A stretch of DNA of 64,000 nucleotides from Eledone cirrhosa (lineage: Eukaryota): the NCBI GenBank assembly GCA_964016885.1, contig OZ024740.1:428358001-428422000 (forward strand), read 5' to 3'. The notes under the pieces are model-generated. The model did not search any database. It saw nothing but the letters and a program-made list of their open reading frames with translations, and was not told the origin of the DNA. Below, in pieces: positions 38,151 through 51,389 of this stretch; position 1 is the first letter of the stretch; each line of letters begins with the position of its first letter. A program made the position numbers and the translations under genes.

Positions 38151-41100
38151 CTCTTGGTCGTCTCTTTCTCTCTTGGTCTGCTCTCTCTCTCTTGGTCTTC
38201 TCTCTCTCACCTGGTCAGCTCTCGCTCTCTTGGTCTTCTCTCTCTCTTGGTCTTCTCTCACTCTCTTGGTCTTCAACCTCTCTCTTGGTCTTCTCTCACT
38301 CTCTTGGTCTTCTCTCTCTCTCTTGGTCTTCTCTCACTCTCTTGGTCTGCTCTCTCTCTCTCTTGGTCTTCTCTCTCTCTCTTGGTCTTCTCTCTCTCTC
38401 TCTTGGTCTTCTCTCACACTCTTGGTCGTCTCTTTCTCTCTTGGTCTGCTCTCTCTCTCTTGGTCTTCTCTCTCTCACCTGGTCAGCTCTCGCTCTCTTG
38501 GTCTTCTCTCTCTCTTGGTCTTCTCTCACTCTCTTGGTCTTCAACCTCTCCCTTGGTCTTCTCTCACTCTCTTGGTCTGCTCTCACTCTCTTGGTCTTCT
38601 CTCTCTCTCTCTTGGTCTTCTCTCACTCTCTTGGTCTGCTCTCTCTCTCTTGGTCTTCTCTCACTCTCTTGGTCTGCTCTCTCTCTCTCTTGGTCTACTC
38701 TCGCTCTATTGTTTTCTCTCACTCTCTTGGTCTTCTCTCTCTTGGTCTTCTCTCACTCTCTTGGACTGCTCTCTCTCTCTCTTGGTCTACTCTCGCTGTC
38801 TTGGTCTTAACTCTCTCTACATTGGTCTTCACTCACTCTCTTGGTTTTCGCACACTCTCTTGGTCTTCTCTCTCTCCCTTGGTCTGCTCTCTCGCTCTTG
38901 GTCTTCTCTCTCTCGCTCTTGATCTTCTCTCTCTATCTTGGTCTTCTCTCTCTCTCATGGTCTTCTCTCTCTCTCTTGATCTTCTCTCACTCTCTTGGTC
39001 TGCTCTCTCTCTCTTGGTCTGCACTCTCTCTCTTGGTCTTCTCTCTCTATCTTGGTCTTCTCTCTCTCTCATGGTCTTTTCTCTCTCTCTTGGTCTTCTC
39101 TCACTCTCTTGGTCTGCTCTCTCTCTCTTGGTCTGCACTCTCTCTCTGGGTCTTCTCTCTCTCTCTTGGTCTTCTCACTCTCTCTTGGTCTTCTCTCTCT
39201 CTCTTAGTCTTCTCTCACTCTGATGGTCTTCTCTCACTCTCTAGGTCATCTCTCACTCTCTTGGTCTTCTCTCACTCTCTTGGTCTGCACTCTCTCTCTC
39301 TTAGTCTTCTCTGTCTCTCTTTGTCCCCACCCACTGTCTTGGTCTTCTCTCACTCTCTTGGTCTGCTCTATCTCTCTTGGTCTTCTCTCTCTCTCTTGGT
39401 CTTCTCTCTATCTCTTGGTCTTCTCTTTCTCTCTTGGTCTGCTCTCTCTCTCTCTCTTGGTCATCTCTCTCTCCTGGTCAGCTCTCGCGCTCTTGGTCTT
39501 CTCTCTCTCTCTTTGTCTTTTCTCACATTCTTGGTCTCCTCTCACCCTCTTGGTTTTTTCTCTATCTCTTGTTTTTCTATCACTCTCTTGGTCTTCTCTC
39601 TCTATCTTGGTCTTCTCTCTCTCTCATGGTCTTCTCTCACTCTCTTGGTCTTCTCTCACTCTCTTGGTATTCTCTCTCTCTCTATCTTGGTTTTCTTTCT
39701 CTCTTGGTCTTCTCTCACTCTCTCGGTCCTCTCTCTCTCTCTTGGTCTTCTCTCACTCTCTTGGTTTTTTCTCTCTCTCTCTTGGTCTTCTCTCACTCGC
39801 TCTTGGTCTTCTCTCACTCTCTTGGTCTTCCCCCACTCTCTTGGTATTCTCTCACACAATTGGTCTTCTCTCTCTCTCTTGGTCTTCTCTCACTCTCTTG
39901 GTCTTCAATCTCTCTCTTGGTCTTCTCTCACTCTCTTGGTCTGCTCTCTCTCTCTTGGTCTTCTCTCTCTCTCTTGGTCTTCACTCTCTCTCAATTGGTC
40001 TTCACTCAATATCGGTTTTCTCTGACTCTCTTGGTCTTCTCTCTCTCTCTTGGTCTTATCTCACTCTCTTGGACTGCTCTCTCTCTCTCTCTCTCTCTCT
40101 TGGTCGTTTCTCTCTCCATTGGTCTTCACTCACTCTCTTGGACTTCTCACACTCTCTTGGTCTTCTCCCTCTCCCTTGGTCTGCTCTCTCGCTCTTGGTC
40201 TTCTCTGTCTCTCTCCTGTTCTTCTCTCTCTATCTTGGTCTTCTTTCAATATCTTCGTCTGCTCTCTCTCTCTTGGTCTTCTCTCTCTCCCTTGGTCTTC
40301 TCTCACTCTCTTGGTCTTCTCTTTCTCTCTTGGTCTGCTCTCTCTCTCTAGGTCTTCTCTCTCCCTCCTGGTTAGCTCTCGCTCTCTTGGTCTTCTCTCA
40401 CTCTCTTGGTCTTCAATCTCTCTCTTGGTCTTCTCTCACTCTCTTGGTCTGCAATCTCTCTCTCACTTGGTCTTCTCTCTCTCTCTCTTGGTCTTCACTC
40501 TCTCTCCATTGGTCTTCACTCACTCTCTTGGTTTTCTCTGACTCTCTTGGTCTTCTCTCTCTCTCTTCGTCTTCTCTCACTCTCTTGGTCTTCTGTCTCT
40601 CTCTTGGTCTTATCTCACTCTCTTGGTCTGCTCTCTCTCTCTCTCTTGGTCTTCTCTCTCTCTCTTGGTCTTCACTCTCTCTCCATTGGTCTTCACTCAC
40701 TCTCTTGGTTTTCTCTCACTCTCTTGGTCTTCTCACACTCTCTTGGTCTTCTCTCGCTCCCTTGGTCTGCTCTCTCGCTCTTGGTCTTCTCTGTCTCGCT
40801 TGTGGTCTTCTCTCTCTAACTTGGTCTTCTCCCTCTTGGTCTTCTCTCTCTCTCTCTTGGTCTTCTCTCACTCTCTTGGTCTTCTCTCTCTCTCCTGGTC
40901 TTTTCTCTCTCTTGGTCTGCTCTCTCGCTCTTGGTCTTCTCTCTCACTCTCTTGGTCTTCTCTCTCTATCTTGGTATTCCCTCACTCTCTTGGTCTTCTC
41001 TCTCTCTCTTTGTCTTCTCTCTCTCTCTCTTGAATCTTCTCTCTCTCTCTTGGTCTTCTCTCACTCTCTTGGTCTTCTCTCTCTCTCTTGGTCTTCTCTC

Positions 41101-43210
41101 ACTCTCTTGGTATTCTCTCACTCTCTTGGTCTTCTCTCTCTCTCTTGGTCTTCTCTCTCTGTCTTGAATCTTCTCTCTCTCACTTGGTCTTCTCTCACCC
41201 TCTTGGTCTTCTCTCTATCTCTTGTTTTTCTATCACTCTCTTGGTCTTCTCTCTCTCTCTTGGTCTTCTCTCTCTATCTTGGTCTTCTCTCTCTCTCATG
41301 GTCTTCTCTCACTCTCTTGGTCTTCTCTCACTCTCTTGGTATTCTCTCTCGCTCTATCTTGGTTTTCTCTCTCTCTTGGTCTTCTCTCACTCTCTCGGTC
41401 CTTTCTCGCTCTCTTAGTCTTCTCTCACTCTCTTGGTCTTCTCTCTATCTCTTGGTCTTCTCTTTCTCTCTTGGTCTGCTCTCTCTCTCTCTCTTGGTCA
41501 TCTCTCTCTCCTGGTCAGCTCTCGCGCTCTTGGTCTTCTCTCTCTCTCTTTGTCTTTTCTCACATTCTTGGTCTCCTCTCACCCTCTTGGTTTTTTCTCT
41601 ATCTCTTGTTTTTCTATCACTCTCTTGGTCTTCTCTCTCTATCTTGGTCTTCTCTCTCTCTCATGGTCTTCTCTCACTCTCTTGGTCTTCTCTCACTCTC
41701 TTGGTATTCTCTCTCTCTCTATCTTGGTTTTCTTTCTCTGTTGGTCTTCTCTCACTCTCTCGGTCCTCTCTCTCTCTCTTGGTCTTCTCTCAATCTCTTG
41801 GTCTTTTCTCTCACTCTCTTGGTCTTCTCTCACTCTCTCTTGGTCTTCTCTCACTCTCTTGGTCTTCCCCCACTCTCTTGGTATTCTCTCTCACAATTGG
41901 TCTTCTCTCTCTCTCTTGGTCTTCTCTCACTCTCTTGGTCTTCAATCTCTCTCTTGGTCTTCTCTCACTCTCTTGGTCTGCTCTCTCTCTCTTGGTCTTC
42001 TCTCACTCTCTTGGTCTGCTCTCTCTCTCTCTTGGTCTACTCTCGCTCTATTGTTTTCTCTCACTCTCTTGGTCTTCTCTCTCTCTCTTGGTCTTCTCTC
42101 ACTCTCTTGGTCTGCTCTCTCTCTCTCTTGGTCTACTCTCGCTGTCTTGGTCTTAACTCTCTCTCCATTGGTCTTCACTCACTCTCTTGGTTTTCGCACA
42201 CTCTCTTGGTCTTCTCTCTCTCCCTTGGTCTGCTCTCTCGCTCTTGGTCTTCTCTCTCTCGCTCTTGATCTTCTCTCTCTATCTTGGTCTTCTCTCTCTC
42301 TCATGGTCTGCTCTCTCTCTCTTGGTCTGCACTCTCTCTCTGGGTCTTCTCTCTCTCTCTTGATCTTCTCTCACTCTCTTGGTCTGCTCTCTCTCTCTTG
42401 GTCTGCACTCTCTCTCTGGGTCTTCTCTCTCTCTCTTGGTCTTCTCCCTCTCTCTTGGTCTTCTCTCTCTCTCTTAGTCTTCTCTCACTCTGATGGTCTT
42501 CTCTCACTCTCTAGGTCATCTCTCACTCTCTTGGTCTTCTCTCACTCTCTTGGTCTGCACTCTCTCTCTCTTAGTCTTCTCTGTCTCTCTTTGTCCCCAC
42601 CCACTGTCTTGGTCTTCTCTCACTCTCTTGGTCTGCTCTATCTCTCTTGGTCTTCTCTCTCTCTCTTGGTCTTCTCTCTATCTCTTGGTCTTCTCTTTCT
42701 CTCTTGGTCTGCTCTCTCTCTCTTGGTCATCTCTCTCTCCTGGTCAGCTCTCGCGCTCTTGGTCTTCTCTCTCTCTCTTTGTCTTTTCTCACATTCTTGG
42801 TCTCATCTCACCCTCTGGGATTTCTCTCTATCTCTTGTTTTTCTATCACTCTCTTGGTCTTCTCTCTCTATCTTGGTCTTCTCTCTCTCTCATGGTCTTC
42901 TCTCACTCTCTTGGTCTTCTCTCACTCTCTTGGTATTCTCTCTCTCTCTATCTTGGTTTTCTTTCTCTCTTGGTCTTCTCTCACTCTCTCGGTCCTCTCT
43001 CTCTTGGTCTTCTCTCACTCTCTTGGTCTTTTCTCTCTCTCTCTTGGTCTTCTCTCACTCTCTCTTGGTCTTCTCTCACTCTCTTGGTCTTCCCCCACTC
43101 TCTTGGTATTCTCTCACACAATTGGTCTTCTCTCTCTCTCTTGGTCTTCTCTCACTCTCTTGGTCTTCAATCTCTCTCTTGGTCTTCTCTCACTCTCTTG
43201 GTCTGCTCTC
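36270..43210 (+). repeat. Dispersed block copies in the central domain (offsets 819, 2053, 3270; ~36270-37070 matches ~42410-43210 at 6142)
   Basis: GTCCCCACCCACTGTC occurs at 36451, 37270, 39323 and 42593. CTCTGGGATTTC occurs at 36671 and 42813. ORF pairs are 36351/42493 and 36505/42647. Confidence 0.8.
38115..38580 (+). repeat. Local tandem duplication, period 268 bp
   Basis: GGTCGTCTCTTTC occurs at 38156 and 38424, CACCTGGTCAGC at 38208 and 38476, and CAACCTC at 38274 and 38542. Confidence 0.85.
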
Positions 43211-44180
43211 TCTCTCTCTTGGTCTTCTCTCTCTCTCTTGGTCTTCACTCTCTCTCAATTGGTCTTCACTCAATATCGGTTTTCTCTGACTCTCTTGGTC
43301 TTCTCTCTCTCTCTTGGTCTTCTCTTACTCTCTTGGTCTTCTCTCTCTCTCTTGGTCTTATCTCACTCTCTTGGACTGCTCTCTCTCTCTCTCTCTCTCT
43401 TGGTCGTTTCTCTCTCCATTGGTCTTCACTCACTCTCTTGGTCTTCTCACACTCTCTTGGTCTTCTCCCTCTCCCTTGGTCTGCTCTCTCGCTCTTGGTC
43501 TTCTCTGTCTCTCTCCTGTTCTTCTCTCTCTATCTTGGTCTTCTCTCATTATCTTCGTCTGCTCTCTCTCTCTTGGTCTTCTCTCTCTCCCTTGGTCTTC
43601 TCTCACTCTCTTGGTCTTCTCTTTCTCTCTTGGTCTGCTCTCTCTCTCTAGGTCTTCTCTCTCCCTCCTGGTTAGCTCTCGCTCTCTTGGTCTTCTCTCA
43701 CTCTCTTGGTCTTCAATCTCTCTCTTGGTCTTCTCTCACTCTCTTCGTCTGCAATCTCTCTCTCACTTGGTCTTCTCTCTCTCTCTCTTGGTCTTCACTC
43801 TCTCTCCATTGGTCTTCACTCACTCTCTTGGTTTTCTCTGACTCTCTTGGTCTTCTCTCTCTCTCTTCGTCTTCTCTCACTCTCTTGGTCTTCTGTCTCT
43901 CTCTTGGTCTTATCTCACTCTCTTGGTCTGCTCTCTCTCTCTCTCTTGGTCTTCTCTCTCTCTCTCTTGGTCTTCACTCTCTCTCCATTGGTCTTCACTC
44001 ACTCTCTTGGTTTACTCTCACTCTCTTGGTCTTCTCACACTCTCTTGGTCTTCTCTCGCTCCCTTGGTCTGCTCTCTCGCTCTTGGTCTTCTCTGTCTCG
44101 CTTGTGGTCTTCTCTCTCTAACTTGGTCTTCTCCCTCTTGGTCTTCTCTCTCTCTCTCTTGGTCTTCTCTCACTCTCTTG
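39200..44180 (+). repeat. Direct repeat, offset ~3264-3300 bp (~39200-40880 / ~42470-44180)
   Basis: CAATATCGG occurs at 40007 and 43271, and GGTCGTTTC at 40102 and 43402. ORF pairs are 39223/42493, 40406/43706 and 40623/43923. Confidence 0.82.
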
Positions 44181-47100
44181 GTCTACTCTCTCTCTCTTGG
44201 TCTGCACTCTCTGTCTTGGTCTTCTCTCTCTCTCTCTTGGTCTTCTCTCACTCTCTTGGTCTGCTCTCTCTCTCTCTTGGTCTTCTCTCTCTCTTGGTCT
44301 TCTCTCACTCTCTTGGTCTGCTCTCTCTCTCTCTTGGTCTTCACTCACTCTCTTGGTCTTCTCTCTCTCTCTCTTGGTATGCTCTCTCTCTTGGTCTTCT
44401 CTCTCTCTCTCTTGGTCTGCTCTCTCTCTCTCTTGGTCTTCTCTCACTCTCTTGGTCTGCTCTCTCTCTCTTGGTCTTCTCTTTCTCTCTTGGTCTTCTC
44501 TCACTCTCTTGGTCTGCTCTCTCTCTCTCTTAGTCTTTTCTCACTCTTTTAGTCTGCTCTCTCTCTCTCTAGGTCTGCTCTCTCTCTCTTGGTCTTCTCT
44601 CTCTCTCTTGGTCTGATCTCTCTCTCTTGGTCTTCACTCACTCTCTTGGTCCTCTCTCACTCTCTTGGTCTTCTCTCATTCTCATGGTCTTCTCTCTCTC
44701 TTTTGGTCTTCACTCACTCTCCCGGTCTTCACTCACTCTCTTGGACTTCACTCACTCTCTTGGTCTTCTCTCACTCTCTTGGTCTTCTCTCACTCTCTTG
44801 GTCTTCTCTCTCTCTCTCTTGGTCTTCTCTCTCTCTCTCTTGGTCTTCTCTCACTCTCTCGGTCCTCTCTCTCTCTCTTTGTCTTCTCTCACTCTGTTTG
44901 CCTTTTCTCTCTCTCTCTTGGTCTTCTCTCACTCTCTCTCTCGGTCTTCTCTCACTCTCTTGGTCTTCCACCACTCTCTTGGTATCCTCTCTCACTTTTG
45001 GTCTTCTCTCTCTCTCTTGGTCTTTTCTCACTCTCTTGGTCTTCTCTCACTCTCTTGGTATCCTCTCACTCTCTTGGTCTGCTCTCTCTCTCTCTCTCTC
45101 TCTTGGTCTTCCCTATCTCTCTTGGTCTTCACTCTCTCTCTATTGGTCTTCACTCACTCTCTTGGTTTTCTCTGACTCTCTTGCTCTTCGCTCTCTCTCA
45201 TGGTCTTCTCTCACTCTCTTGGTCTTCTCTCTCTCTTGGTCTTCTCTCACTCTCTTGGTCTGCTCTCTCTCTCTCTTGGTCTTCACTCACTCTCTTGGTT
45301 TTCTTTCACTCTTTTGGTCTTCTCACACTCTCTTGGTCTTCTCTCTCTCCCTTGGTCTGCTCTCTCGCTCTTGGTCTTCTCTCTCTCTCTCTTGGTCTTC
45401 TCTCTATATATTGGTCTTCTCTCTCTCTCTTGGTCTTCTCTCTCTCTCTTGGTCTTCTCTCACTCTCTTGGTCTGCTCTCTCTCTCTCTGTCTGCTCTCT
45501 CTGTCTTGGTCTTCTCTCTCCCTCTTGGTCTGCTCTCTCGCTCTTGGTCTTCTCTCTCTCTCTTGGTCTTCTCTCTCTATCTTGGTCTTCTCTCTCTCTC
45601 TTGCTCTTCTCTCACTCTCATGGTTTTCTCTCACTCTCTTGGTCTGCTCTCTCTCTCTTGGTCTGCACTCTCTATCATGGTCTTCTCTCTCTCTCTCTTG
45701 GTCTTCTCTCTCTATCTTGGTCTTCTCTCTCTCTCTTGCTCTTCTCTCACTCTCATGGTTTTCACTCTGTCTCTTAGTCTTCTCTGTCTCTCTTGGTCTC
45801 CACTCACTCTCTTGGTCTTCTCTCACTCTCTCTTGGTCTTCTCTCTCTATCTTGGTCTTCTCTCTCTCTCTTCGTCTTCTCTCACTCTCTTGGTCTTCTC
45901 TCTCTCTCTTGGTCTTCTCTCACTCTCATGGTCTTCTCTCTCTCTTTTGGTCTTCACTCACTCTCCCGGTCTTCACTCACTCTCTTGGTCTTCACTCACT
46001 CTCTTGGTCTTCTCTCACTCTCTTGGTCTTCTCTCACTCTCTTGGTCTTCTCTCTCTCTCTCTTGGTCTTCTCTCACTCTCTTGGTCTTCTCTCACTCTC
46101 TTGGTATTCTCTCTCTCTATCTTGGTTTTCTCTCTCTCTTGGTCTTCTCTCACTCTCTTGGTCTTCTCTCTCTCTCTTGGTCTTCTCTCACTCTCTTGGT
46201 CTGCTCTCTCTCTCTTGGTCTTCTCTCTCTATCCTGGTCTTCTCTCTCTCTTTGTCTGCTCTCTCGCTCTTGGTCTTCTCTCTCACTCTCTTGGTCTTCT
46301 CTCTCTATCTTGGTATTCTCTCACTCTCTTGGTCTTCTCTCTCTCTTGGTCTTCTCTCTCTCTCTTGGTATTCTCTCTCTCTATCTTGGTTTTCTCTCTC
46401 TCTTGGTCTTCACTCACTCTCTTGGTCTTCTCTCACTCTCTTGGTCTTCTCTCACTCTCTTGGTCTTCTCTCTCTCTCTCTTGGTCTTCTCTCACTCTCT
46501 TGGTTTTCTCTCTCTCTTGGTATTCACTCTCTCTCCATTGGTCTTCACTCACTCTCTTGGTTTTCTCTCACTCTCTTGGTCTTCTCACACTCTCTTGGTC
46601 TTCTCTCGCTCCCTTGGTCTGCTCTCTCGCTCTTGGTCTTCTCTGTCTCGCTTGTGGTCTTCTCTCTCTAACTTGGTATTCTCCCTCTTGGTCTTCTCTC
46701 TCTCTCTCTTGGTCTTCTCTCACTCTCTTGGTCTACTCTCTCTCTCTTGGTCTGCACTCTCTGTCTTGGTCTTCTCTCTCTCTCTCTTGGTCTTCTCTCA
46801 CTCTCTTGGTCTGCTCTCTCTCTCTCTTGGTCTTCTCTCTCTCTTGGTCTTCTCCCACTCTCTTGGTCTTCTCTCTCTCTCCTGGTCTTTTCTCTCTCTT
46901 GGTCTGCTCTCTCGCTCTTGGTCTTCTCTCTCACTCTCTTGGACTTCTCTCTCTCTCTTTGTCTTCTCTCTCTCTCTCTTGAATCTTCTCTCTCTCTCTT
47001 GGTCTTCTCTCACTCTCTTGGTCTTCTCTCTCTCTCTTGGTCTTCTCTCACTCTCTTGGTATTCTCTCACTCTCTTGGTCTTCTCTCTCTCTCTTGGTCT

Positions 47101-49049
47101 TCTCTCTCTGTCTTGAATCTTCTCTCTCTCACTTGGTCTTCTCTCACCCTCTTGGTCTTCTCTCTATCTCTTGTTTTTCTATCACTCTCTTGGTCTTCTC
47201 TCTCTCTCTTGGTCTTCTCTCTCTATCTTGGTCTTCTCTCTCTCTCATGGTCTTCTCTCACTCTCTTGGTCTTCTCTCACTCTCTTGGTATTCTCTCTCG
47301 CTCTATCTTGGTTTTCTCTCTCTCTTGGTCTTCTCTCACTCTCTCGGTCCTTTCTCGCTCTCTTAGTCTTCTCTCACTCTCTTGGTCTATTCTCTCTCTC
47401 TCTTGGTCTACTCTCACTCTCTCCTGGTCTTCTCTCACTCTCTTGGTCTTCCCCCACTCTCTTGGTATTCTCCCTCACAATTGGTCTTCTCTCTCTCTCT
47501 TGGTCTTCTCTCACTCTCTTGGTCTTCAATCTCTCCCTTGGTCTTCTCTCACTCTCTTGGTCTGCTCTCTCTCTCTCTCTCTCTCTCTCTTGGTCATCTC
47601 TCTCTCTCTTGGTTTTCACTCTCTCTCCATTGGTTTTCACACACTCTCTCGGTTTTCTCTGACTCTCTTGGTCTTCTCTCTCTCTCTTCGTCTTCTCTCA
47701 CTCTCTTCGTCTTCTCTCTCTCTCTTGGTCTTATCGCACGCTCTTCGTCTGCTCTCTCTCTCTCTTGGTCTTCTCTCTCTCTCTTGGTCTTCACTCTCTC
47801 TCCATTGGTCTTCACTCACTCTCTTGGTTTTGTCTCACTCTCTTGGTCTTCCCTCTCTCCCTCGGTCTGCCCTCTCGCTCTTGGTCTTCTCTCTCTCTCT
47901 CTTGGTCTTCTCTCACTCTCTTGGTCTTCAATCTCTCTCTTGGTCTTCTCTCACTCTCTTGGTCTGCTCTCTCTCTCTCTATTGGTCTTCACTCTCTCCC
48001 TTGGTCTTCACTCTCTCTCCATTGGTATTCACTCACTCTCTTGGTTAATTCTGACTCTCTTGGTCTTCTCTCTCTCTCTTGGTCTTCTCTCACTCTGTTG
48101 GTCTTCTCTCTCTCTCTTGGTCTTATCTCACTCTCTTGGTCTGCTCTCTCTCTCTCTCTTGGTCTTCTCTCTCTCTTGGTCTTCACTCTCTCTCCATTGG
48201 TCTTCACTCACTCTCTTGGTTTTCTCTCACTCTCTTGGTATTCGCACACTCTCTTGGTCTTCTCACTCTCTTGGTCTGCTCTCTCTCTCTTGGTCTTCTC
48301 CCTCTCTCTTGAGCTGCTCTCTTACTCTTAGTCTTCTCTCACCCTCTTGGTCTGCTCTCTCTCTTTGGGCTTCTCTCTCTATCTTGGTCTTCTCTCTCTC
48401 TCTTGGTCTTCTCTCTCTCTCTTGGTCTGCTCTCCTGCTCTTGGTCTTCTCCCTCTCTTTAGGTCTTCTCTCTCTATCTTGGTATTCTCTCACTCTCTTG
48501 GTCTTCTCTCTCTCTCTTGGTCTTCTCTCACTCTCTTGGTCTGCTCTCTCTCTCTCTTGGTCTTCACTCACTCTCTTGGTCTTCTCTCTCTCTCTCTTGG
48601 TATGCTCTCTCTCTTGGTCTTCTCTCTCTCTCTCTTGGTCTGCTCTCTCTCTCTTGGTCTTCTCTTTCTCTCTTCGTCTTCTCTCACTCTCTTGGTCTGC
48701 TCTCTCTCTCTCTTAGTCTTTTCTCACTCTTTTAGTCTGCTCTCTCTCTCTCTAGGTCTGCTCTCTCTCTCTTGGTCTTCTCTCTCTCTCTTGGTCTGAT
48801 CTCTCTCTCTTGGTCTTCTCACACTCTCTTGGTCTTCTCTCACTCTCTTGGTCTTCACTCTCTCTCTCTTAGTCTTCTCTGTCTCTCTTGGTCTTCACTC
48901 ACTCTCTTGGTCCTCTCTCACTCTCTTGGTCTTCTCTCATTCTCATGGTCTTCTCTCTCTCTTTTGGTCTTCACTCACTCTCCCGGTCTTCACTCAATCT
49001 CTTGGACTTCACTCACACTCTTGGTCTTCTCTCACTCTCTTGGTCTTCT

Positions 49050-51161
49050 CTCACTCTCTTGGTCTTCTCTCTCTCTCTCTTGGTCTTCTCTCTCTCTCTC
49101 TTGGTCTTCTCTCACTCTCTCGGTCCTCTCTCTCTCTCTTTGTCTTCTCTCACTCTGTTTGCCTTTTCTCTCTCTCTCTTGGTCTTCTCTCACTCTCTCT
49201 CTCGGTCTTCTCTCACTCTCTTGGTCTTCCACCACTCTCTTGGTATCCTCTCTCACTTTTGGTCTTCTCTCTCTCTCTCTTGGTCTTTTCTCACTCTCTT
49301 GGTCTTCTCTCACTCTCTTGGTATCCTCTCACTCTCTTGGTCTGCTCTCTCTCTCTCTCTCTTGGTCTTCCCTATCTCTCTTGGTCTTCACTCTCTCTCC
49401 ATTGGTCTTCACTCACTCTCTTGGTTTTCTCTGACTCTCTTGGTCTTCGCTCTCTCTCATGGTCTTCTCTCACTCTCTTGGTCTTCTCTCTCTCTTGGTC
49501 TTCTCTCACTCTCTTGGTCTGCTCTCTCTCTCTCTCTCTTGGTCTTCACTCACTCTCTTGGTTTTCTTTCACTCTTTTGGTCTTCTCACACTCTCTTGGT
49601 CTTCTCTCTCTCCCTTGGTCTGCTCTCTCGCTCTTGGTCTTCTCTCTCTCTCTCTTGGTCTTCTCTCTATATATTGGTCTTCTCTCTCTCTCTTGGTCTT
49701 CTCTCTCTCTCTTGGACTTCTCTCACTCTCTTGGTCTGCTCTCTCTCTCTCTGTCTGCTCTCTCTGTCTTGGTCTTCTCTCTCCCTCTTGGTCTGCTCTC
49801 TCGCTCTTGGTCTTCTCTCTCTCTCTTGGTCTTCTCTCTCTATCTTGGTCTTCTCTCTCTCTCTTGCTCTTCTCTCACTCTCATGGTTTTCTCTCACTCT
49901 CTTGGTCTGCTCTCTCTCTCTTGGTCTGCACTCTCTATCATGGTCTTCTCTCTCTCTCTCTTGGTCTTCTCTCTCTATCTTGGTCTTCTCTCTCTCTCTC
50001 TTGCTCTTCTCTCACTCTCATGATTTTCTCTCACTCTCTTGGTCTTCTCTCACTATCTTGGTTTTCACTCTGTCTCTTAGTCTTCTCTGTCTCTCTTGGT
50101 CTCCACTCACTCTCTTGGTCTTCTCTCTCTCTCTCTTGGTCTTCTCTCTCTCTCTCTTGGTCTTCTCTCACTCTCTCGGTCCTCTCTCTCTCTCTTTGTC
50201 TTCTCTCACTCTGTTTGCCTTTTCTCTCTCTCTCTTGGTCTTCTCTCACTCTCTCTCTCGGTCTTCTCTCACTCTCTTGGTCTTCCACCACTCTCTTGGT
50301 ATCCTCTCTCACTTTTGGTCTTCTCTCTCTCTCTCTTGGTCTTTTCTCACTCTCTTGGTCTTCTCTCACTCTCTTGGTATCCTCTCACTCTCTTGGTCTG
50401 CTCTCTCTCTCTCTCTCTTGGTCTTCCCTATCTCTCTTGGTCTTCACTCTCTCTCCATTGGTCTTCACTCACTCTCTTGGTTTTCTCTGACTCTCTTGGT
50501 CTTCGCTCTCTCTCATGGTCTTCTCTCACTCTCTTGGTCTTCTCTCTCTCTTGGTCTTCTCTCACTCTCTTGGTCTGCTCTCTCTCTCTCTCTCTTGGTC
50601 TTCACTCACTCTCTTGGTTTTCTTTCACTCTTTTGGTCTTCTCACACTCTCTTGGTCTTCTCTCTCTCCCTTGGTCTGCTCTCTCGCTCTTGGTCTTCTC
50701 TCTCTCTCTCTTGGTCTTCTCTCTATATATTGGTCTTCTCTCTCTCTCTTGGTCTTCTCTCTCTCTCTTGGACTTCTCTCACTCTCTTGGTCTGCTCTCT
50801 CTCTCTCTGTCTGCTCTCTCTGTCTTGGTCTTCTCTCTCCCTCTTGGTCTGCTCTCTCGCTCTTGGTCTTCTCTCTCTCTCTTGGTCTTCTCTCTCTATC
50901 TTGGTCTTCTCTCTCTCTCTTGCTCTTCTCTCACTCTCATGGTTTTCTCTCACTCTCTTGGTCTGCTCTCTCTCTCTTGGTCTGCACTCTCTATCATGGT
51001 CTTCTCTCTCTCTCTCTTGGTCTTCTCTCTCTATCTTGGTCTTCTCTCTCTCTCTCTTGCTCTTCTCTCACTCTCATGATTTTCTCTCACTCTCTTGGTC
51101 TTCTCTCACTATCTTGGTTTTCACTCTGTCTCTTAGTCTTCTCTGTCTCTCTTGGTCTCCA
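49050..51161 (+). repeat. Apparently identical tandem duplication of 1056 bp (49050-50105 / 50106-51161)
   Basis: The offset is a constant 1056 for GTTTGCCTTTT (49157/50213), CCACCA (49229/50285) and ORF pairs 49459/50515, 49667/50723 and 50096/51152. Confidence 0.93.
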
Positions 51162-51389
51162 CTCACTCTCTTGGTCTTCTCTCACTCTCTCTTGGTCTTC
51201 TCTCTCTATCTTGGTCTTCTCTCTCTCTCTTCGTCTTCTCTCACTCTCTTGGTCTTCTCTCTCTCTCTTGGTCTTCTCTCACTCTCATGGTCTTCTCTCT
51301 CTCTTTTGGTCTTCACTCACTCTCCCGGTCTTCACTCACTCTCTTGGTCTTCACTCACTCTCTTGGTCTTCTCTCACTCTCTTGGTCTT

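Noticed and set aside
39990-40110. Locally more complex sequence (CAATTGG, CAATATCGG, GGTCGTTTC; likewise GGTCTACGATC at 28291 and TTATCGCACG at 47731) as possible insertions or regulatory motifs
   Set aside because: These stay in monomer register and are multiply substituted monomers, copied along with their blocks. They are not foreign DNA.
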